Shown here in pieces: positions 25,570 through 32,000 of a stretch of DNA of 32,000 nt. The translations under genes and the position numbers were made by a program. The notes under the pieces were generated by a model. That model was not told the origin of the DNA and made no database searches. It saw only the letters and a list, made by a program, of their open reading frames with translations. The DNA comes from an archaeon (GTDB lineage: Archaea > Iainarchaeota > Iainarchaeia > Iainarchaeales > 1-14-0-10-31-34): positions 1 to 32,000 of the forward strand of contig JAJRVL010000001.1 of the NCBI GenBank assembly GCA_024277355.1, in the 5' to 3' direction. The first letter of the stretch is position 1. Every line of letters starts with the position of its first letter.

Positions 25570-26556
25570 ATGAATAAAAAAATAATTTTGTCATATCTTT
25601 TCAGTTTAATTTTAGTTATTGCAATTATTTCAATAATTGACATAAAAGAAGTAATTAAAGAAACAGCAAAATTAGGATTAATTAATTTTATTTTTTTAGG
25701 AGGATTATATTCAGTTGCTTTTGTTTTCAGGGCATTAAGATGGAAAACAATTCTTTCCCCTATAACAGAAATTTCATTAAAAGATTCTTTTTTTATTACA
25801 AATATGGGTTTTTTTGTTAATGCATTACTGCCTGCAAGAACAGGAGAAATAGCAAGAGCTTATATTTTATCAAAGAAAAAAAAGTTAGGTAAAATAAAAA
25901 GTTTTTCAACAGTAGTATTAGACAGAGTAATAGACGGGATGACTTTATTTCTGTTCTTTGTGTTGTCTGTTTTTTTAATTGAAATACCAAAAGAATTCAG
26001 TTCAATAATTTTAATTCCTGCATTATTGTTTGCTGTTGTATTTCTTTTCTTCTTTAAGCCGGATAAATTCAAAGTAATAGGAAGATTAATAGTAAAAGTA
26101 TTTCCTTCATTTAAAGAAAAAATAACATATGTTTTTAATGAAATGAAAGAAGCAGGAAATATTTTTTATGCAGAAAAACATTTTTTAAAAATAATAATTT
26201 ATTCTGTTTTAATCTGGATTATTGAATCATTAGTTTTTTATTTTACTGCACAAGTATTAGGAATTGAATTAAGTTTGTTTCATGTATTTCTTTTAATTGT
26301 AGTAACCGGTTTTGCTGTAATGATTCCAAGCAGTCCGAATTATATTGGAACATTTGAAGCAGGAGTAGTTGTTTTTTTTATGGCATTTAATTTAAATCAG
26401 AATTCTGCTATTTCTTTAGCAGTAATAGTTCATTTAATCCAGACAATTGTAGTTATTAGTTTAGGAATAATTTCAATGAATAAATTAGGTTTAAGCTTTA
26501 AAAGTATTTCAGAAACAAATTTTTCTCAGATAAAAGAAAAAATAAAAGGAAATTAA
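25570..26556 (+). CDS. Integral membrane protein of the lysylphosphatidylglycerol synthase TM region / UPF0104 family
   Basis: FVFRALRWKTILSPI...FINALLPARTGEIARAYILSKKKK (seen as FFVNALLPARTGEIARAY)...STVVLDRVIDGMTL...PSSPNYIGTFEAGVVVFF. Confidence 0.87.
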   Translation: MNKKIILSYLFSLILVIAIISIIDIKEVIKETAKLGLINFIFLGGLYSVAFVFRALRWKTILSPITEISLKDSFFITNMGFFVNALLPARTGEIARAYILSKKKKLGKIKSFSTVVLDRVIDGMTLFLFFVLSVFLIEIPKEFSSIILIPALLFAVVFLFFFKPDKFKVIGRLIVKVFPSFKEKITYVFNEMKEAGNIFYAEKHFLKIIIYSVLIWIIESLVFYFTAQVLGIELSLFHVFLLIVVTGFAVMIPSSPNYIGTFEAGVVVFFMAFNLNQNSAISLAVIVHLIQTIVVISLGIISMNKLGLSFKSISETNFSQIKEKIKGN

Positions 26557-26557
26557 A

Positions 26558-28288
26558 ATGAAAATAAAAATTTCAAACGCAGTAATAATTGTTTTGTATG
26601 TTTTAATGATTCTTGTTTCAACACAGTTTCTTTTTGATGACTTGGCTTTTGATTATTCAGGTTATGCATTAAGATATAATTCTTTAAATGAAAACTGGAT
26701 TCAGGAACAGCATTTAGGAATTCCAACAGGGACTTTTGATCCAATTCTTCCAGGGGTTCTTCCTTTTTTAATTAAATTAATAGGAATAGGAAGTTTTACG
26801 CTTCCTTTGACTTTGTCAATTTTAATTATAAGAATGATTTTTCCTTTTGCTTTTGCTTTTCTGGGAAAAAGTTTTGGTTTTGATAAAAAACTTTCTTTTA
26901 TTGCAGGAATAATTTTTGTTTTTAATCCAATTTTATTTAAATTTTTTAATCGTTTTTATGAGTTTACTGCGTGGCTTTTTTTTATAATGGCTTTTGCTTC
27001 TTTTTATAATTTTTTAAAAGAAAAAGAATTTTCAAAAAAATATTTTTCTTTAAGTGTATTATTTGTCTGCCTTACAGCTTTATCTCATTCAGCCGGATTA
27101 ATTTTCATTGCATTTTCTTTTATTTTAATCACTGAAACAAAACAAGAACTGAAAAAATTATTTTTAACTGGTTTAATAAGCGGAGGAATAATGGCTTTTT
27201 GGTTAATTCCATTTTTTGTTTTTGTTAATTTAAGTGTATTACATGAACAAAAAGGAATGTTATTGGTTTCAACAGGAATTATTGCTTCAGGAATTTTTTT
27301 AATGATGATTTTGCTTGCCGGAATTTTTTTATTAAGAAAATTCAAAGAAAAATATTCAAAAATAAACCGTTTGCTTTTAGGAAGTTTTATTTTATCAGTT
27401 GTTGTTTTAGTTTTGCCTTTAATTCCTGTAATTGAAAAACCTTTTGCGCATTCATATCATGCATTATTTATTTTTGTTTTATTGATTTCTTTTTTGGCGT
27501 TAATTAAAGAAAAATTTATTTCAAGAAAACATTTAGTTTACACTGGGATTGCTTTAATGCTTATAGTTATTTTTTTGTTTCCTGTTGTTGAAAGGCAGTA
27601 TTTTTTTGATGAACCAAGATTAAAAGATTATAAAATTGAAGAAATTAATTTTCTTTTAGAAGAAATTCCTGATAATTCAAGGTTTGAATTAATTCCTTTT
27701 AATCCTGTAATTCATTCTTTTACTGCATTAAAAGGAAAGCTTTCGTTAAATGGCTGGGGATATAATGCATATACTTTAAGTGAAAGCGATGAAATTGGAA
27801 CAAAAATGATTTCAATGGATTTATCCTGTAAAGAATTTAATCAAGGAATAGAAAAAACTGCTGCAAATTACTGGATTGCATTAAATGAAAAAGGAGAAGA
27901 ATATTTAACTGATTGTGGATTAAAAGAAAAAACAGAAAAAACTGGTTTCCCTAAATTATTTTTTTATGAAAAAAATTCTTCTTTAGTTGAAAATGGAGAA
28001 TTAATTGAATTTTCAAATAAAAAAGTTGTAATTGAATCTTTTGGAGGAAATGTTTTATTAAAGCAGAGTTTTTTTCCAAGATGGACTGCTTATCAAAATG
28101 GAAAAGAACTTGAATTAATTAATAAAAATCCGGGAATTGAAATTTTGAATTCAAAAAAAGGATTAATTGAATTAAAATATGAAAACACTTTAATTGATTT
28201 TATTGGAATAATAATCAGCTTAATTTCATTGACTTTGTTTTTGATTTTAATTAAGACTAATGCATTAAAATCATCCACCACATTTTAG
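26558..28288 (+). CDS. Large multi-TM protein resembling GT-C/'6-pyruvoyl-tetrahydropterin synthase-related' membrane proteins; possible membrane glycosyltransferase
   Basis: TM segments from the N-terminus followed by a soluble C-terminal domain (LLKQSFFPRWTAYQNGKELELINKNPGIEIL) and a final TM; operon position. Confidence 0.6.
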   Translation: MKIKISNAVIIVLYVLMILVSTQFLFDDLAFDYSGYALRYNSLNENWIQEQHLGIPTGTFDPILPGVLPFLIKLIGIGSFTLPLTLSILIIRMIFPFAFAFLGKSFGFDKKLSFIAGIIFVFNPILFKFFNRFYEFTAWLFFIMAFASFYNFLKEKEFSKKYFSLSVLFVCLTALSHSAGLIFIAFSFILITETKQELKKLFLTGLISGGIMAFWLIPFFVFVNLSVLHEQKGMLLVSTGIIASGIFLMMILLAGIFLLRKFKEKYSKINRLLLGSFILSVVVLVLPLIPVIEKPFAHSYHALFIFVLLISFLALIKEKFISRKHLVYTGIALMLIVIFLFPVVERQYFFDEPRLKDYKIEEINFLLEEIPDNSRFELIPFNPVIHSFTALKGKLSLNGWGYNAYTLSESDEIGTKMISMDLSCKEFNQGIEKTAANYWIALNEKGEEYLTDCGLKEKTEKTGFPKLFFYEKNSSLVENGELIEFSNKKVVIESFGGNVLLKQSFFPRWTAYQNGKELELINKNPGIEILNSKKGLIELKYENTLIDFIGIIISLISLTLFLILIKTNALKSSTTF

Positions 28289-29174
28289 AACCAGTAATTA
28301 AACCTTTTAATGCGTCATCGCCTACTCCTTTGCTTTCACCGACTCTTTTTTTTAAGGTAACAGGAACTTCAATTACTTTCAAGTCATTTTCTAATGCAAC
28401 TAAAATCATATGAGGAGAAAAATAATGTCCTGTTACATGCAGTTTGTCAATTATTTTATCTAATGCTTCAGGTCTAATAATTCTAAAAGTACAGCCTACA
28501 TCAGTTAATCTTACTTTGTCCCAGAACCTTAATTGAAGCAATTTTGCAATAAATAAATTTCCATAACGCATAAACCATGTAACTTGAGAATCAGAGTCAA
28601 TTATTTCAGCTGTAGTTCTTGTGCCTAAAACCATGTCAGTATTTTCAATATAAGCAGTTAATTTTTTTAAATCTGAAGCAGAAAAAGTCATGTCTCCTTC
28701 AACTAAACAAATTAAGTTTCCTGTTTTTCTTGCTTCTTTTAATGCACGCATGCAGGCAGCACCATAACCTTGAACTGGTTCTTTTGTAACTTTTGCTCCG
28801 TTTTTTACTGCTTCTGATGCAGTGTTGTCAATACAATTATTATCTATTACTGTAACTGAAACAACTTCTTTTAGTTCTTTAAATTGTTTAACTGAATTTC
28901 CTATTGCTTTTTCATCATTATACGCAGTCATTCCTATGCTAATCTGCAGATTATTTATTGGTTTAAATTTAAAGGGTTTTTTTGAAGGAAAAAAAACTGT
29001 CGGAACAGCTAAATCAATTATTAAGGCAGACAAAAAAATAAAATCAAGAATTAAACCATAAAAAAATAATTCATTAAACAATAAAGGCTCAAAAAATAAT
29101 TTAATTAAACCAAAAAAATGCAGAATTAAAGAAATAAGAAATAAATGAAATGCATATAATGAAAGTCTTCCCAT
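28257..29174 (-). CDS. GT2-family glycosyltransferase (dolichyl-phosphate-sugar synthase-like) with N-terminal TM region
   Basis: ISIGMTAYNDEKAIGNSVKQF...VTVIDNNCIDNTASEAVKNGAKV...GYGAACMRALKEARKTGNLICLVEGDMTFSASDLKKL; SPHMILVALENDLKVIEVPVTLKKRVGESK. Confidence 0.87.
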   Translation of the reverse strand: MGRLSLYAFHLFLISLILHFFGLIKLFFEPLLFNELFFYGLILDFIFLSALIIDLAVPTVFFPSKKPFKFKPINNLQISIGMTAYNDEKAIGNSVKQFKELKEVVSVTVIDNNCIDNTASEAVKNGAKVTKEPVQGYGAACMRALKEARKTGNLICLVEGDMTFSASDLKKLTAYIENTDMVLGTRTTAEIIDSDSQVTWFMRYGNLFIAKLLQLRFWDKVRLTDVGCTFRIIRPEALDKIIDKLHVTGHYFSPHMILVALENDLKVIEVPVTLKKRVGESKGVGDDALKGLITGSKMWWMILMH

Positions 29175-29349
29175 TTAAAACGCCAAAAATAAAAAATTAT
29201 AATAATAAAAGGAAGGCAAACTGATTTAAAAACCATTTTAATTTGGGAATTGTACCAAAAACCCCTTTATAATTAACTGAATTAATTATATTAATAAAGG
29301 GAATTTTAACTATAATTTTTAACTGATTTTATGCAGTAAAAAAAAAACA

Positions 29350-30744
29350 ATGATTTTTATGTATGAAAAAATTAAAGTAAATAAAACAGGCGAAATAAGT
29401 GTAAGACAAGGTTTGTTTGAAGAAATAAAAAAAACAAATAAACCAATTCATTTAGTGTTAATTGCAACAAAACCGGATATAATCAAACAGTTTCCTTTGA
29501 TCCTTGAATTAAAAAAACAAAATGAATTTGTTGTAATAGTTCATTCGGGACAGCATTATTCATGGAATTTATCTAAAGGAATGGAAGAAGAATTCGGAAT
29601 AATGCCTGATGTAAACTTAAATGTAAAAGGAAAATTATTTGAACAGCAAAGCCAGATTATTAATCGATTAGGAATTGTATTAGAAAAAATTGGGAAAAAA
29701 GTTATTCCTTATACTTATGGAGACACTACAACTGCTTTAGCAGGAGGAATTGCCTGTTTTGCATTAAAAAACGGAGTAGCTCATGTTGAAGCAGGATTAA
29801 GAACAATGACTCCTCCAAAAAAATTATTTGAAGAATTAATGAATGGAATTGAAACAGAAAATTATTATGAAAAATTAAAAGACAGAAAAGAATGGACTAA
29901 AGGTTCATATGAACCTTACCCTGAACAATTTGATACAAGAGGTTCAGCACCAAGTGCTGGAATTCATTTTTCTCCAAATGAATTAAACACTGAACATTTA
30001 ATCAATGAAGGGTATGAAAAAGAAAGAATTTTTACTGTAGGAAATCCAGTAGTAGATGCATTAAAATTTGCAGAAAAAAGAATAAAAGAAAGTTCAATTT
30101 TTGAAAAATATCCAGTATTAGAAGAAGGCAATTTAATCAGGTTTTGTATTCACAGAAGAGAAAATATTTCTTCAAAGCATCGATTTAAAGTTTTATATAA
30201 TTCAATGGTTTCATTAATTAAAGAAGGAAGAAATGTATTATTAATTTCTTTAGGTTCAACAGAAAAAGCATTAGAGTTTTATGATTTAAAAAACAAAACA
30301 AAAGAATTAGCAGAAAAACACAAAAACTTTATTTACAGCGAGGTATGGCCGCAGTATACTGATGTAATTGCAGCAATGAAAAAATGCAGTGTAATTGCAA
30401 CTGATTCAGGTTCAATTCAGGAAGAAACAAACACTTTAGGCATTCCTGGAGTTGTATTAAGATTTAATTCAGACAGACCTGAAGCAGTATTTGAAGGAAG
30501 CAATATTATTGCTCCGCCGATTAAAACAGAAATTGTAACAAAAATAATTCAGGATGTAATGGATTCAGATTTAAATAAACAAATGAAAAATTCAAAAAAA
30601 TTATACGGCGAAAATGTTTCAGAAAAAATAGTTTCAATAACAAAAAAAATAACTGAAAAAGAAGAATTATTCGAATTATTTGAACATGAAAGATTAGGTT
30701 TAAGCAAAAAAGATTTCTGGGAAAAAGGAGGCATTGAATGGTAA
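29350..30744 (+). CDS. UDP-N-acetylglucosamine 2-epimerase (WecB)-like
   Basis: GQHYSWNLSKGMEEEF, YGDTTTALAGGIACFALKNGVAHVEAGLRT, HFSPNELNTEHLINEGYEKERIFTVGNPVVDAL, TDSGSIQEETNTLGIPGVVLRFNSDRPEAV. Confidence 0.88.
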   Translation: MIFMYEKIKVNKTGEISVRQGLFEEIKKTNKPIHLVLIATKPDIIKQFPLILELKKQNEFVVIVHSGQHYSWNLSKGMEEEFGIMPDVNLNVKGKLFEQQSQIINRLGIVLEKIGKKVIPYTYGDTTTALAGGIACFALKNGVAHVEAGLRTMTPPKKLFEELMNGIETENYYEKLKDRKEWTKGSYEPYPEQFDTRGSAPSAGIHFSPNELNTEHLINEGYEKERIFTVGNPVVDALKFAEKRIKESSIFEKYPVLEEGNLIRFCIHRRENISSKHRFKVLYNSMVSLIKEGRNVLLISLGSTEKALEFYDLKNKTKELAEKHKNFIYSEVWPQYTDVIAAMKKCSVIATDSGSIQEETNTLGIPGVVLRFNSDRPEAVFEGSNIIAPPIKTEIVTKIIQDVMDSDLNKQMKNSKKLYGENVSEKIVSITKKITEKEELFELFEHERLGLSKKDFWEKGGIEW

Positions 30745-31613
30745 AAACAGCAAGCATAGTTATTTTGACTTTTAACAGAGAAGAAGTAATAAACAAAACA
30801 GTCAAGGCAATGCTTGAGTTGGAATACGATGAAAATGCATTTGAAGTAATAGTAATAAATGATGAAAGCAAAGATAACACAAAAAAAATTCTTGAAAAAT
30901 TTAAAGATAAAAAATTAACTGTAATTCATAACAAAAAAGAAAAAGGCCCTTGTGAAGCAAGAAATCAGGGAATTAATTCAGCAAAAAATGACTTCATAAT
31001 AATAATGGATGACGACTGCATTCCAGAAAAAAACTGGTTAAAACAAATGATTTCAGGATTTGATTCAGATAAAGTAGGGATGGTTTCAGGTTATTCTTTG
31101 CATGGAGGAACATCAACTGCTTTCAGCAGAAAAGCATTAGAAAAAGCAGGTTTATATGACAAAGAATATTTTTATTACAGAGAAGATACAGATTTAGTTT
31201 TCAGAATAATGGATGCAGGATTTCAAATTAAACAGGTTAACGCAAAATATTTACATGACCATAAAATGGAAAAACCAAAAAATATAATTGAATTTTTAAA
31301 GCATTCATGGAAAAGAATTCAAAACCATAAAAATGATGTATTGCTTTACAAAAAAAACCCTGAAAGAACAAAAAAATTTTTAGATGTAAAATTTGGTTTT
31401 TTAATTAATCCATTAAATGACTTTAAGGCTGCAACAGGTTTATGGCATAAAGGCGGAAAAATGAATTTAAGTTCTCCAAGAGGAATAGTTTTTATGGAAA
31501 ACAAAAGTTTATTGCATTCAATTATAATTCTATTTGGCGGAATATTTTATGTAATAGCAGTAAAAAGCATAAGATTTTATGCAAGCTTAAAATTCAGGAA
31601 ATTTTTAATTTAA
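30738..31613 (+). CDS. GT2-family glycosyltransferase
   Basis: ASIVILTFNREEVINKTVKAML...VIVINDESKDNTKKIL...GPCEARNQGINSAKNDFIIIMDDDCIPEKNWL...YYREDTDLVFRIMDAGF. Confidence 0.9.
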   Translation: MVKTASIVILTFNREEVINKTVKAMLELEYDENAFEVIVINDESKDNTKKILEKFKDKKLTVIHNKKEKGPCEARNQGINSAKNDFIIIMDDDCIPEKNWLKQMISGFDSDKVGMVSGYSLHGGTSTAFSRKALEKAGLYDKEYFYYREDTDLVFRIMDAGFQIKQVNAKYLHDHKMEKPKNIIEFLKHSWKRIQNHKNDVLLYKKNPERTKKFLDVKFGFLINPLNDFKAATGLWHKGGKMNLSSPRGIVFMENKSLLHSIIILFGGIFYVIAVKSIRFYASLKFRKFLI

Positions 31614-31623
31614 GGTGAAAGAA

Positions 31624-32000
31624 ATGACGTATAAAATTTTAATGTTAAATCCTCCGTTTAAAAAAGATTATTCAAGACAAAGCCGTTCTCCCTGCGTAAC
31701 AAAAAGCCGCACTATGTATTATCCTTATTATTTAGCTTATGCAACAGGCGCATTAGAAAAAGCAGGATATAAACCTGAATTAATTGATGCAATTGTAATG
31801 AACTGGACTACAGAAAAAACAGTTGAATACATAAAAGAAAAAAAATTTGATTTAATTATAATGGATACAAGTACTCCAAGCATATTAAATGATTTAAAAA
31901 CAGCAGAAGCAATTAAGAAAGAATTACCTGACTGCCATATTTCAATGGTTAATACTCATCCAACAAATATGCCTGAATGGACTTTAAGACAAACCAAAGC
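31624..32000 (+). CDS. Partial (3' end outside window) B12-binding-domain-type radical SAM protein N-terminus
   Basis: Translation from ATG 31624: MTYKILMLNPPFKKDYSRQSRSPCVTKSRTMYYPYYLAYATGALEKAGYKPELIDAIVMNWTTEKTVEYIKEKKFDLIIMDTSTPSILNDLKTAEAIKKELPDCHISMVNTHPTNMPEW. LNPPF and PYYLAYATGALEKAGY are typical; stays open to the window end. Confidence 0.75.
   Translation, partial: MTYKILMLNPPFKKDYSRQSRSPCVTKSRTMYYPYYLAYATGALEKAGYKPELIDAIVMNWTTEKTVEYIKEKKFDLIIMDTSTPSILNDLKTAEAIKKELPDCHISMVNTHPTNMPEWTLRQTK

Noticed and set aside
30521-30880. Minus-strand 119-aa ORF opposite the WecB-like/GT2 junction
   Set aside because: Two confidently assigned plus-strand genes cover it; Leu/Phe-rich antisense artefact.
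1-32000. tRNA genes, transposases, integrases, phage genes, restriction or CRISPR-Cas systems
   Set aside because: I saw no convincing signatures in the ORFs or intergenic regions. A tRNAscan-SE and Rfam scan would be needed to exclude small RNAs.

Overview
AT-rich archaeal chromosome segment, probably DPANN-like by inference from gene content. I recognised no tRNAs, CRISPR arrays, transposases or phage genes. Left part (1-5.6 kb): the 3' end of a secreted Cys-rich surface protein gene, AMP phosphorylase, then a minus-strand housekeeping operon (rpl21e, rpoF, DUF655, ksgA/dim1-like), a TATA-binding protein with an unusual Lys/Pro-rich tail, and a solitary 5S rRNA. Middle (5.7-11.9 kb): a secreted subtilisin-like protease with a coiled-coil region and a G/D/N/S-rich tail, directly followed by a tandem-repeat surface protein; then a small Cys-containing membrane protein and a membrane-anchored DsbA-like thioredoxin-fold protein. 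Right part (12-32 kb): a large surface glycan / N-glycosylation locus. It holds two methyltransferase genes and two sugar epimerases, a radical SAM/SPASM enzyme, nucleotide-sugar dehydrogenase, several GT2/GT4 enzymes, an STT3/AglB oligosaccharyltransferase, Alg7-like, Alg14-like and Alg13-like proteins, an LPG-synthase-like membrane protein, a large multi-TM protein, UDP-GlcNAc 2-epimerase, and an embedded HicBA toxin-antitoxin pair. Strongest leads: (1) a KsgA/Dim1-family gene at its conserved locus that has lost the SAM-binding glycine motif and the catalytic NLPY motif; (2) a translationally coupled Alg7-Alg14-Alg13 cassette beside AglB and its likely substrates; (3) a TBP with a long basic tail and a promoter of repeated TATA-like boxes; (4) a DsbA-like/CxxC membrane protein pair separated by a hairpin plus T8 element. 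No wholly novel defence or mobile system is evident.
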